Positions 12,501-23,800 of a stretch of 64,000 nucleotides of DNA are shown here, one piece after another. Every line of letters starts with the position of its first letter. Within the stretch, counting starts at the first letter, position 1. The notes under the pieces were generated by a model. That model worked only from the letters and a program-made list of their open reading frames with translations, was not told the DNA's origin and did not search any database. This stretch comes from Mobula hypostoma (Eukaryota), in NCBI RefSeq assembly GCF_963921235.1, contig NC_086108.1, forward strand, positions 81,966,001-82,030,000, in the 5' to 3' direction. The translations under genes were made by a program, and so were the position numbers.

Positions 12501-15500
12501 AATCATTGCCATGGTATAAAATGGCTAATATCAGGGCACAAAATGGTGAACTTTTCTGGTTTTAAGAATAACATTATTTTTGAAATGTGATCATAAAATT
12601 AAAAACTAAAACTAAAATTGCTAATATCAGGTATGCCCCCACCAAAGGTGCAAAGTTCACTATCAGGACTTTGATCTCTAAAAGCTGTTCCTGCAAAAGC
12701 ATACTCTCCTATGGATTTGTGAATGTACACCTAATGCTAGAACTGTGCAACAGAGCGGAAACACTTCCACAGAAAGCTCCTAGATGTCCCACGTACAAGA
12801 CTGATCCTGCCATTTTAAAAGTGATGGCATTTAGGTCCACATTCAAATTATGAAGAAAGGTGCATATATATGGTCCAGTTTAACATTTAAAAAAAAGGAA
12901 AATATCAAAAATCATAACATTAATAGATAAATTTATTTTTGTGAATTAGTTGTCTCCTCAACTCTGTATTCCACTCTTCAGTTCTTTTATTCAAAATTAT
13001 TCTCATTTGGCTTCAGTCCTTTGAAACTGTTTTATATTTTTCTCTGGCCTCCTTGTAAACCAAGCCCTGATAATTTGGAGATGTAAATTATTGTGCAAAT
13101 TTTGTATAAAGATCACTGTAATCTGGGCAATAAAGTAAATGCAAGAATGACTTGATACTGTTCACCCTGTTTCCTCCCTCCCTGGCATAATCCCAATATA
13201 GAAAGCTATTCAGTTATGTCCCAATATAAAGACACTACTCACCCGCCAGTGCTCCACTTACAGTACCCCTTCCCTGGCAATTAAGAATTCTCACAGTGCG
13301 GATATTGGCTCCTTTGGCAACACCAGAGTCGCGCCCACTAACCACACCCGCAGTGTGAGTTCCGTGGCTATCGCATTTACTAGCCTGCAGGAAAAAGAAG
13401 GCAAAACCATCTGGTCATTGGAGAAGCTCTTGAGCGGGAGCCAGATACTACAACTCAGTCTGTGCACCAACAGAGAAATGCAAATAACTTCCACCACAGT
13501 GTTACTCTACACTGCGTCAAGAAGTACCGCCACAAAGAAAATAATTTTGTCCCCATGTATGTTGCTTATCAATTTTTATGGGGCAATCATTATCGTTCCC
13601 GGCAAAGGTTATGAAAATGGAATTGATAGTACTATTAGCAGTGATTAAGCATATTTACATGGAGCACTGCTACAAGAAAACAGCATCCATCATCATAGTC
13701 CTCCACCATCAAGGCCATGATCTCTTCTTGCTACTACCATCCAGCAGGAGGTGTGGAGGCCTTGGGTCCCACACCACGAGGTTCAGGTCTCTGAACCAGA
13801 GTGGATAACTTCACACACCACAACTCTGAACTGATCCTACAACCTGCACAATCACTTTCAAGGACTTTTTACAACTCGGGTTCCCAGTATTATTTTTCAT
13901 TTGCACAATTGTCTTCTTTTGCACATTAGTTGTTTGTCCATCTTTGTTTATGTGTAGTTTTTTAAATAAATTCTATTGTATTTCTTTATTTTCCTGTAAA
14001 TGCCTGCAATAAATTGAATCTCACGGTAGAATATGGCAACACACATGTACTTTGATAATAAATGATACTTTGACTTAGATTTTCCTCAGGCATTTTAATT
14101 TCCTCGTTAGCCAAAGAACTCAAGGATCTTCATCAATGTGGCAAACTGAACCGAGACATTCAGTGATAATACACAAGATGAGCATCTCTAGGGTTTTCTC
14201 CACTTCTGACACCACTATGACTTTCTATCAATAGGTCCGTTTTGACAGTGGCACCAGGGACCTATACACAGTGGGAGATGTAGCAGCTCCCCACCCCTCC
14301 ACTGCCAATAATGTTGGTTTAATCTGCATTTAAAATGCCACTCTGAAAATAGTCAAGTTTAAATTACAATAATTCCCAAAGTAATGACAGTCTCTTGACT
14401 ACCAACTGCAGCTGTGAAGAAGCCATTCACCACCTTAACTTTAAAGGAAACCAAAAATTGGCAATTAGTTTTCAGTAATGTTTTTAAATGGGGGGGGGCG
14501 GAAGTAGAATCCTAAATGCAAGATAGTTTAGAGGGTTTGCTGTGCAAGTACGGGTATGTTAGTAATATTTGGTTGTAGTCTTGAGGTGCGCTTCAATGAA
14601 TCCTTATCTGCCACTTCCCAGTGATCTTTGGAATAAGAAATTAATTATTAAACCAAGATCCAGTTCCTCTGTTCTTTCTGTACAAATCCCCACCCTGAAT
14701 CCAATTAATTACTTCATCGAGGTTGAAAATTTCCAAGTGACTGCGTTACCTGGCGGTAAAACCGAGTGCCATCCTCTTCTGGAATACTTTTGAATTCTGT
14801 TGCAAAAACTTTCCCTTCAATCTCTCGATGGTTGCTCTGTACACTAGTGTCGAGCAAGTAAACTTCTGCCAGTTCACCATCATCTAATGAAATATGCAGT
14901 GAAAGGTTAGTGTATTAAATTACAACCTACCTGGTGAAGGAAAACTGCAAAATGATGTTTTCACACATGGAAATATGATGGGAAATGCCACAAATTGACA
15001 CTGCAGTGCATCTGCCACTCTCGGATGCCAGTTCACAGCATGAAGTTGGGTTTAGTACAACCGATTGTGAGATTAAATTGTCGTGAATTTTGTTTTGTCG
15101 TAGCAGACAAAAATTTTTGCAAGTTGCAGTAAAACATTTGTAAATAATAGTACAGAAGTCGAATAGTTAGGTAGTGTTCATGGACTGTTCACAAACCTGA
15201 TGGCAGAGGGCAAGACTTGAATGTGGGAGCAAATTCACACTAAAGGAGTGTAGCACAAGGATTTTAACTCTATTGTGGGAATTATTGATTGACATAAAAT
15301 TGAAAGTGAAATAAAACAATTAATGATTAATATATACAGTACAAGCAAAAACACAATGTACGATTTCCTAATTATGATAAAAGGACAAGTTAGTTTAGCT
15401 TATCTATTTATTAGTTACTGAAAGCTCTTTATGCATCAAAATAAAGTGGACTCACTTGGTGGGGTGTATTGTTCTGCTGAGTTTCCTGAAGGAACAATTT

Positions 15501-18500
15501 CATTTAGATTCCAAGGGATAGTCTGAGCAAACACAGAGGAGTCTTCTTCAATATACTCAACGTGAGGTAAACTCAGAGCCTGTGCAAAAGATGACACAAA
15601 AAAGCATTTCTAAATACTGTATTTGTCAGAGAAGAGTAAAATGAATAGAAAGACTTGTATTTGTATAGAATATTTCACAACATCAAAGGGCACTCCAAAA
15701 GCAACTTATAACCAATGTACAGTGGTTCTGAAATGTAGTCAGTGTTGCAGTATGGGTAATGTTGCATAATAAACTCTACAAAATGCAGTTTGAAAATGAA
15801 CAGTCTATTTTTGAGTTAATGTTGGTTGACATATTAGTACTGGAGGGAACACATTGATATAACAATGAGTTATTTGTCCATCAACTTGTAATTCAAAAGT
15901 GGGGTATGAAACTAACTGTGCGTCATTCCCTCAGTACTGGGTTGGAGAGTCAGCTATTGATTATGTCACCATGTCTCCAGAGCAGGACATGAATTCATGA
16001 GTTTACTCAAAGGTAAAACCTTGTTGTAACCTATAAAAATGAAGGGAATCATTTTGTCTTGGATCCACACTGAATGCAGTAACCAGCCATATATTGTGTA
16101 TATCAAATGTTTATTGACTTTAATATATTTGTTGAAGCAATCTAAAACCCCTGGAATGAGTTCCTTCAACACTTGGGTACATGTATACATCTGTTCTCCA
16201 TTCGTATGCTTTCTGTTCGTACAAAGAGGTTGCAATGGTGATCTAATATGCAAATATGTATTGTTCTTAAGATTATGTAAATTGTTTTCTCTCTGCCCTC
16301 TTATTTATGTTGGTTTCCAGACATTAATGTATAAATGACACATGTTATGAATAAGAGGAAAGGCAGCAGAAGGCTGACTGACAGGTGACATTCTCCAAAA
16401 CAGTGTTCTGCTGCAGATTTCCCCAACATGGGACAAAACAGGCCCTTCAGCCCACAACGGTGCACTGACATTTTTTAAACCTACCCCAAGATCGATCTAA
16501 ACCTTCTGTCCCACATAGCCATTTAATTTTATTTCCTCCATAAGCTTATCTGAGTCTCTTAAATGTCTGCATCTGACATTTACCCATACTTTCCTTGAAC
16601 CATCTTAAAATTGTGCTCTTGTACTCGCCATTGCCACCCTGGGAAAAAGGCACTGGCTCTCCACCTTATTTATGCTTCTTATCAAGTCATAAGCCTCTTG
16701 CCTCTCATTCTTTTTTGCTCCAAAGAAAAAGGCTCTAGTTCACTCAATCTCTCTAGTCGAGGTAACATCCTGGTAAATCTCCTCTACACTCTCTCTAAAG
16801 CTTCCACATCCTTCCTATAATGAAGTGAAGTGTACTGAACAAAATACTCCACTACGCAATAACCTCAGCTAGGAATCTAAGCATTGTTATTATACCACCA
16901 TTTACATGCATTAAACAGTTCAAATGAACACATCAACAGGTAACATTTGGTCCTACCGCTCTGCCACCCTCATATGTAACACATTGCTGCTCCTTGTTCA
17001 TATTTAACCCACCTCAATCCCCTCTTCCCGAGGGCCCACCCAACACTGAATGAAGGGGACTTTACCAGGTCCAGCATATCACTGCTCATTTTTATGACAA
17101 AGCCTTTGAAGACCTCATGGAATACCAGGACAAGTTCAGACATATAGCCATGCTTGGCGGCCTTGTTACGAAGCTTGCGTATGGTGTGCTCTGCCTGGGA
17201 TTTCTCTGTGTTTTCTTTAAGCACCACTATGTACTGGCCAGGCACCCTCCAAGCATCCTGAAAATACAAATGAGGAGGAGTTATTATAGTTAAGTATTCT
17301 TGAAAAAAGGATTCTAATCTTAACTATGAATCAGGACATTGTTTAATTGGTCAGTACTTCAATCTTCTGTTAATTAACCAGACCTTCTGTAGTTCATCAC
17401 ACCACCAAGCAGAAATACTCAATTAATTAATAATGGATTTGATCCCCGAATGAGATGTAATTACAAAATAATTCCATTGTACTTGTTAGAATGAATAACT
17501 TTCTGTTCCAACTTGCATTTATAAGGTATATTGCATGTATTAAAGCAAAACAGTTGTGAGAGCTTTATTGAACAACATGTAACACAAGTCTTACAAGGTA
17601 ATGTAAGATTTGTTTTTATTATTGCATGTGACTCAGGCAAGAATGCACCCTTATGGAGGCTAAGGGGACACCTGAGTGACTTTCTAGATTATTTCAAAGG
17701 GCAAAAAAGAGTTATAACATTTGCTGTCATTCTGGAAACAGAAGGAGGAGGCCAATTGGATTTATGAGACTGTTTCACGACATCCTTAAAATCATGGCTC
17801 AACCAATCTTGGTGTCAGCACCTTTCCCGCATTCTCTACTGTCTTCTGACTCCCTTGTACTTGTTAGAACTCAACAACTCTGCTTCCAGAACTCTCCGAG
17901 GTAGAGGATTCCAAAGAGTCCCAGTACTTTGAAAGAAGAAATATCCCATCATCTGCCTAAAATCGATGACTGTTTATTCTGAAGATATGCCCTTGAGTAA
18001 TAGATTCCCACCCCACCCCCACCCCCGCTCAGTGTTGATGCTAAGAGAACATTTCACTATCAATTCCCTCACAAAATCTGTTTTTCAAAATCTTTCAGTT
18101 TTCTATTCCAGATGAATTACATCTCAGTCTTCCAGGCTCCAAAGAGTATTGCCAAACTGCTCAACCTTTTGAGAATAACCCTTTGTGTATTGTCTCCAAT
18201 GTAATCACAAGCTTCATTTAGTAGGGAGTTTAGAGTGTACACTATCATTTGTCTCACTGTTAGAGCTGCATCAAAACAATCCTTTTTATAATCCATTGCA
18301 AGAAAGACAATGTTCTATTAGCCTTTGCAATTACATACTGTGGTATGCTAATTTCTGTAGATAAATTTGTATTTCAACCTTTTATAATTTCACTCAAATT
18401 AAATAATTCCTTTTTCATTCTTTGTTTCATTTCCTTTCAACTTCACATTTCCTCACATTCTCCATCTACCAACTCTTGCTCACTTGATCTATATTCTTTT

Positions 18501-21500
18501 GCAGTTTCAAAACTCTTCAACCTAGTTATCCTGGTGTCAGCAAATTTGACTACTGTACATTCAATCCTTGCATTCAAGTTACTAACCCCTCATCTGCTGC
18601 TTTCTGCCTTCTTTCCCCTTTGTTTCCACTAATCATCCACCAGTCTGCTATTCAGGTCTTCAGTAAAACAGCAGAACAGGATTGGGCCATTCAGCCCATC
18701 AAGTCTGCTCCACCATTCTATCATGGCTCATTTATTATCTCTCTCAACCCCACTCGCTTACCTTCTTTTTGTAATCTATGACGCCCTTACTAATCAAGAA
18801 ACTATCAGCTTCCACTTTAAATATACTCAAAGACTTGGCCCCCACAGCTTCTCCCTCAGGCTAAATAAATTCCTCCGCACCTATTTACGGAAGAATAGAT
18901 CCTTGTATTCTGAGGCTGTGCCCTCTGGTCCTAGACCCCCTAGTAATGGGAAACATCCTCTCCATGCCCACTGTATCGAAGCTTTTCAATATTCGATAAG
19001 CTTCAATGAGATTCTCTTCCCCCTCCCCCCATTCTTCTAAACTTCAGTGAGTACAAACCAGAGCCATTAAACAATTCTAATACACTAACCCTTTCATTCC
19101 CAGGATCATTCTTGTGAACCTCCTCTGGACCCTCTCCCATACCACCTTTTGAGAATCCTGCATGAGAACACCCACATTTTGCTCCACATTGAGAGAACAG
19201 CCTACACATTCATTCCGTCTATCAAGTTGCATGATCATACACTTTGCTACGCTGTATTCCATCTGCCACTTCTTTACCCATTCTTCTAATTTGTCCTAGT
19301 CCTTCTGTAGATTCCCTCTTTCCTCAACACTACTTGCTCCTCCACCTATCTTTCTATTGTCCACAAACTTCGCCACAGAGCCATCATTTCCATCATCTAA
19401 ATCATTGAATTTAGCACGCAAAGAAGCAGTCCCAACAACAACACCTGCGGAACACCACTAGCCATTGGCAGCCAATCAGAAGAGGCTTGCTTTGCCTCCT
19501 TCCAGTCAGCCACTGTTCTATCCATGCAGGCATCTTTCCTTTGATACCAGGGGCTTTTAACTTGTTTAGCCGCCTCATGTGTGGCACCTTCTTAAAGTTC
19601 TTCTGAAAATCCAAGTACACAACATAGACAATTCTCCTTTGTCTATCCTGCTTGATATTTCTTCAAAGAATTCCACCGGATTTGTCAGACCTGATTTCCC
19701 CTGAAGGAAACTATGCTGATGTTGGCCTATTTTACCATGTTCCTCCAAGAACCTCAGGACCTCATCCTTAATAATGGACACCAGCATCTTACCAACCACT
19801 GCAGTCAAGCTAACTGCCCTATAATTTCCTGCCTTTTGCCTTCCTCCCTTATGAAAGAGTGGAGTAACATTTGGAATTTTCTATTCCTCCAGAACTTGCC
19901 TGTATTATTCTAAAGTGTGGATATAAAGGCTATAAAGAAATTCCAGCAGATTCAATTCTCTGGAACAACAAACTATCTTCTGGAGGAACTCTTGAGTAGA
20001 AGAAGCTGCTTCACTGGTAGATTTCCTCCAACAGATCGTGTGCTGCTCCACATTTCCGCACCTGAATTCAGTCCACTGGTGAGGAATTCAGGGCAGAACA
20101 CAACATTAATATTGGAAGCACTTACACATCTGGGGCTATTGCCCTCTTCCAAAACAACTAATGAAGGGTCTCTGCCCGTCGACTGTACCTTTTCCAATAG
20201 ATGCTGCCTGGCCTGCTGCGTTCACCAGCAACTTTTATGTGTGAACCTTTATTTATCCAAAGTTTTCAAGACTTAAATTGGTACTTCTCTTTATTTCAAC
20301 GCATGCCCCATTAACAACCAACCTTTCTTTGCATAATCTTCTCTTGCATTGTTCGATAATCTGCTTTGCGCTTTTTTTTAATTAGAGGAAAGCCCTCCTG
20401 ACTTTAGATGAAACTGAGTAATTACTCTAAATGGAAATAAAATTCCGAATAGTCTTAATCGAAATACCTGTGGTCGGTGAAATGCTTTGGGGGGGCGGGG
20501 GGCGGCTGAAAGACAACGTTTCTTCCAAAATAAAGAGCCCAGTATCTCTGGCCCAACAATAAAACAGGGATACAGGGTTTTTTTAAAAAATCAATTCCCA
20601 ATATCTTTCAGCACCACCCTGTTGCAGTCAGTCAGTCTTTTATTGAAACAGCTACTACACCAGATTATCCTGGATGTCAGGAGCGTAACAATAATAAAAG
20701 GACTCGGTTAACAAAAACACGGATGGTACAGACAGCTATGGGGGAGCAAGGCAGAACGGTCAGCAGAGGGGCACACCCAACGTTGCATGAGATACATTAT
20801 CACTGAGCTGAAACGTTAACTGTTCCTCTCTCCGCCTAAGCTATCTGACCTGCTGGATAATTTTCGGCATGTTCTGCTTTTGTTTGAAACTTCCAACATC
20901 GAAACAATCGTTTATAGATGGGTTATTGCTGATGACCCCATGTCAACACGTCCCCCTATTACGTTACTTTTGCCGAATTACCGTTTACCAGCATTCATTG
21001 TTGCGGACGCACAGAGCGTCCGGAGTTAGGATAGAGCCAACAATTTGAAACCTTCTAGATAATCTAACTTTAATTTACGTTTTATTCGGACCCAAGCAAG
21101 AAGCAGTTTGCACATTTTTGCCCACTTAAGAAACGAACCACAAATATGAAGTGTACATAGTTCGCTTTCTTCCTCGGCCACATCCTTCACTCGCTTCATC
21201 AATGAGGATGTCGCCTCGCACAGAAAGATTTCAAGCTGAGAAGCAAAGTTTGAAGCAAAAGCGCGCACAAATGGCGGGGTTGGAACATCGTTATAAAAGT
21301 GGAAACAGTGAAATGCTCTTAAGACACGAGATAAACTGAAGAACTGCAGAATGCGGAGAAACTCTAGGCGGAGCTTACTATGTTGGAACGGTGGAAGGGT
21401 GCAGGTTTGTTCTGATTCCTCCTCTCAGCAAAAGAACCCGGGAGAGTCTCCCCTTCATCGATCATCTGCTCCCCTGCAAAGTCCGACGCAACCTGAAAAG

Positions 21501-21546
21501 ATGCAGAGCAGAAGAGAATCAGTAACCGCGCCGAGAAGCAGCCCAT
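3406..21546 (-). CDS. PCSK9: Proprotein convertase subtilisin/kexin type 9, complete 12-exon gene (spliced CDS 1977 nt, 658 aa)
   Basis: Manually assembled exons 21546-21379, 17257-17066, 15579-15456, 14883-14750, 13384-13243, 10424-10228, 9522-9339, 8676-8506, 7728-7580, 6632-6455, 4366-4203, 3579-3406 join in frame with GT-AG introns. Contains signal peptide, prodomain ending VFAQ, catalytic D (LLDTS), H (DSHGT), oxyanion N (AAGN), S (SGTSQ) and 18 Cys of the C-terminal domain. Confidence 0.98.
4203..4366 (-). CDS. PCSK9: PCSK9 exon 11 (164 nt)
   Basis: [57 protein letters not shown] acceptor, GTAAG donor. Confidence 0.96.
5915..6390 (-). mobile_element. CR1 LINE 3' fragment in intron 10, with a 49-nt Penelope-end insertion
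   Basis: Same 3' end sequence as the other CR1 copies in the window; insertion 6056-6104 is flanked by a 15-bp duplication. Confidence 0.8.
6455..6632 (-). CDS. PCSK9: PCSK9 exon 10 (178 nt)
   Basis: [62 protein letters not shown] acceptor, GTAAG donor; missed by the ORF track. Confidence 0.96.
7580..7728 (-). CDS. PCSK9: PCSK9 exon 9 (149 nt), C-terminal domain module 1
   Basis: [14 protein letters not shown]...[22 protein letters not shown] acceptor, GTAAA donor. Confidence 0.97.
8506..8676 (-). CDS. PCSK9: PCSK9 exon 8 (171 nt)
   Basis: [59 protein letters not shown] acceptor, GTGAG donor. Confidence 0.97.
9339..9522 (-). CDS. PCSK9: PCSK9 exon 7 (184 nt), LDLR-binding loop and catalytic Ser
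   Basis: [64 protein letters not shown] acceptor, GTACA donor. Confidence 0.98.
10228..10424 (-). CDS. PCSK9: PCSK9 exon 6 (197 nt), oxyanion Asn
   Basis: [24 protein letters not shown]...[23 protein letters not shown] acceptor, GTACA donor. Confidence 0.98.
10847..12335 (-). mobile_element. Degenerate Tc1-family (IR/DR, Passport-like) DNA transposon in PCSK9 intron 5
   Basis: TA|CAGTGCCTATAAAAAGTATTCA left end and TGAATACTTTTTATGGACACTG right end; inner and outer direct repeats; transposase remnants [10 protein letters not shown] (ATG 12040), [31 protein letters not shown], with frameshifts and deletion. Confidence 0.92.
13243..13384 (-). CDS. PCSK9: PCSK9 exon 5 (142 nt), catalytic His
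   Basis: [50 protein letters not shown] acceptor, GTGAG donor. Confidence 0.98.
13670..14080 (+). mobile_element. Rex1/Babar-like LINE 3' fragment
   Basis: Remnant ...LLPSSRR... C-terminus and an AT-rich 3' UTR ending in AATAAA plus a TTGAC-type tail; related to 59450-60170. Confidence 0.65.
14750..14883 (-). CDS. PCSK9: PCSK9 exon 4 (134 nt), catalytic Asp
   Basis: [47 protein letters not shown] acceptor, GTAAC donor. Confidence 0.98.
15456..15579 (-). CDS. PCSK9: PCSK9 exon 3 (124 nt), autocleavage site
   Basis: [44 protein letters not shown] acceptor, GTGAG donor. Confidence 0.98.
16430..16850 (-). mobile_element. CR1 LINE 3' fragment (intron 2)
   Basis: Similar to the CR1 3' ends at 45000-45530 and 60720-61220. 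Confidence 0.75.
17066..17257 (-). CDS. PCSK9: PCSK9 exon 2 (192 nt), inhibitor I9 prodomain
   Basis: CAG acceptor; [15 protein letters not shown]...[18 protein letters not shown] donor. Confidence 0.97.
18674..19905 (-). mobile_element. CR1 LINE ORF2 fragment (intron 1)
   Basis: RT remnants [19 protein letters not shown] and [13 protein letters not shown]. Confidence 0.9.
21379..21546 (-). CDS. PCSK9: PCSK9 exon 1 coding part: signal peptide and start of prodomain
   Basis: [23 protein letters not shown]...[10 protein letters not shown] then GTAAG donor; end resembles human ATFHRCAK. The start codon choice is inferred. Confidence 0.85.
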
Positions 21547-21653
21547 ACTGGAGAGCGTGTATGAGAGCGGCTGGTGAGATGTGGGACAAAAGTTCTTATC
21601 CCTGCGAAAGCTGGTGGTAGACTCGTTCAGTGGTTTCTGGTACATGGTGCCGG

Positions 21654-21661
21654 TTTATATA
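21654..21661 (-). promoter_or_regulatory. TATA box candidate of the PCSK9 proximal promoter
   Basis: TATATAAA on the minus strand, ~60 bp downstream of the SRE and ~110 bp upstream of the ATG, in a locally CpG-rich region. Confidence 0.65.
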
Positions 21662-21719
21662 CCTGTGCAGACAGGTGTGAGCTCGCCAGCCCCGCGTCAT
21701 TAGGGTCCCTGAGCTGAGA

Positions 21720-21729
21720 ATCACGCCAC
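21720..21729 (-). promoter_or_regulatory. Sterol regulatory element (SREBP site)
   Basis: GTGGCGTGAT on the gene strand (ATCACGCCAC on +), identical to the human PCSK9 SRE as I recall it. Confidence 0.9.
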
Positions 21730-21756
21730 CGCTTACACATCGGACCATCCATTCAT

Positions 21757-21769
21757 ATCAATCGTTACC
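21757..21769 (-). promoter_or_regulatory. HNF1-like site 27 bp upstream of the SRE
   Basis: GGTAACGATTGAT vs consensus GTTAATNATTAAC (4 mismatches), in the same position as the human PCSK9 HNF1 site. Confidence 0.7.
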
Positions 21770-22369
21770 TGACGGAGGAAAGCCCACAGCGATCAAATTA
21801 CAAAGAAGGAACCGGGAAAGACAGCCCCTTTTCAATCAATAGGCCTCTAATCCCTCCAAATTGACGTCGCAGTACTGTTTGAACATCAACCTTGCTGCCC
21901 AAGGCGAGAGGAAGTGCTTTCAAATAAATATTATTCCCTCCTCTAACACCTGGCTATTTTCTGTTGTGCACATTATTTTGAAAGAATCTAAAAAATATGT
22001 GCGGGAAACTTGTGAGGCTTATCTGTGGTGGGGGAGAGGATCCTGTTGGCACTGGCCACACCTGGAAAGGAACGCTCATTGGTGAGCTGAGGTTAAACAA
22101 CAAAAAAATCCCTTTACTGTGGGGTCTTCACCTTTCTTCTACCTCCAGAACTGGCAATCTACCTGGACCTCTAGATCTGGTCTCTTCCCCTCTCTGGATC
22201 TATTCATTGCTAATGGTCAACACGCCAATGACTGTCTCATTTTTCCCTTTCCTCTTACTGACTCTAACTTCCCCACCTCTGTCACTGGTTCAATAAGAAC
22301 CAAGCCCACGAATGTGATGTTGTGATGGACTGGCAACCTCAGCTGTATCTGCCTCCCAAGCACCCCCTC

Positions 22370-23800
22370 AAACCTCTTCCCATCACCGCAGATTTCCTAG
22401 TCACATACCTTCCTCAGATTTTCCCTGCATAGCATCCAGTTTTCCAGTTTCCCCGCCTTGCACATCCCCCTTCTATCTCCTGCCCAAGGGCCCCAAGCAA
22501 GTGTGCAGGGACAGAACCATAGTCTCAGCCTGCCCTTGTCCCAGCAAATATATTTCCTCCTATCCTGATTCCTGTCCTGTTCTTTCCCATCAGTGACCTC
22601 TCAGGAGCTCTCTGCCATTTTGACAGTTTCCTGTTTCCTAGTCCCCAATCAGCTCATCTTTGTCATGGATATGCAATGTGTCTGGAAGTCCACCTCTAAT
22701 TTTTCTTTGAACAGAGGGCCTTCCATGAATGCATTCATTCGCTTTGCTGAACTACTCCTAACATTGAACAGGTACTCACATTCTCCAGATCAAAGGTGTA
22801 ACGAAGGGAACTTGCATGGTCTTGAGCTCTTTGTGAGATGCAAGCAACGATATGTCTCAGGCCACTCCCGTACCTCTGTGGAACTGTGACTGCATTGAAC
22901 TGCCTCCTGTCTTCTTACTAATTCAAGAATGTTTCATTACTTTGCTGTCGGTCTTCACACTGCTCTCACCTTCATGTTGTGGATTTTTGACTTTTCCCTT
23001 CACTTTCTGGATGTTGGCTTAAGCCAGGTCTTTATGTTTTGACTCTTGGCTGGGTCACCCATGCCAAACAGGTCAAAAGGTTGAGGTCTGACTGAGAGGG
23101 GTTTTCTGGTCCTCTGAGTTTGGGGGTTCACCTCAGGGCTAACAACCCTGACTGGTCAAAAATGAATTATTGTTACAGAAAGAGCAATGAAGAATGTCTG
23201 TGGATGGTATGATGGCCAAGACAGAGGTGGAGGACCTTCATTGCTGCCCTAAACACCAGTGGCATGACAGGAAGTAAGCGAATAAGTTATCTTATCTCTG
23301 TTATCCCTGCGCTCAGCAATATTCCCCCTAGACAGAGCAAGGACAGAAGTTTTCCTCTTCTTCATTGTTCACCATCCAACCCCACCACCCGCTTTCATTC
23401 AATGGATAAATATTCACAATTTCCACTAGCTCAAATAAGATTACCTCTCCCCCCCCCCACACCCTTTCCCTTCAGCAATCCAAAGGTGCCATTGCCTTTC
23501 CCATGAACCCACAGGAATTTTATCACCTGTCCTTTCACCTTTTTCCTTCCCACCACCCAGAGATCCAGGCAGTCCTTCCAAGAGGAATAGTGTTTTTTTT
23601 GCATTTCTTCCAATCTGGTGTTGGGCATTCTGTGTTCACCATGTTGTCTCCTCCGCGAAGCAGCTCTGCTTTGTCTCCAGGTCCGACCCTGAAGTTGCAG
23701 TTCCTGCCACTTCTCCATCCTTTCTCTTTCTCTGTGGTCCTCTGCTGTTCCAAAAAGGCTCAATGTGAGCTTAAGGACCAGCACTTCATCGCTATCTTGG
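22370..23800 (+). mobile_element. Old Penelope-like element remnants (RT and GIY-YIG), interrupted at ~23010-23290
   Basis: Degenerate RT motif region (~22790) and a GIY-YIG segment (23550-23800) similar to 38750-39070. Confidence 0.6.
23010..23290 (+). mobile_element. Short RTE-derived (bipartite) non-autonomous element
   Basis: RTE-like 5' motif GGGCTAACAACC joined to an RTE-like 3' end with TAAG repeats. Confidence 0.45.

Noticed and set aside
3406..21546. PCSK9 as a pseudogene
   Set aside because: All exons are in frame with no stops, canonical splice sites, catalytic residues and 18 C-terminal Cys
21547..21645. ORF-track start at 21645 as the main PCSK9 start
   Set aside because: Too close to the TATA box; the hydrophobic signal peptide begins at 21546. 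Kept only as an isoform hypothesis.
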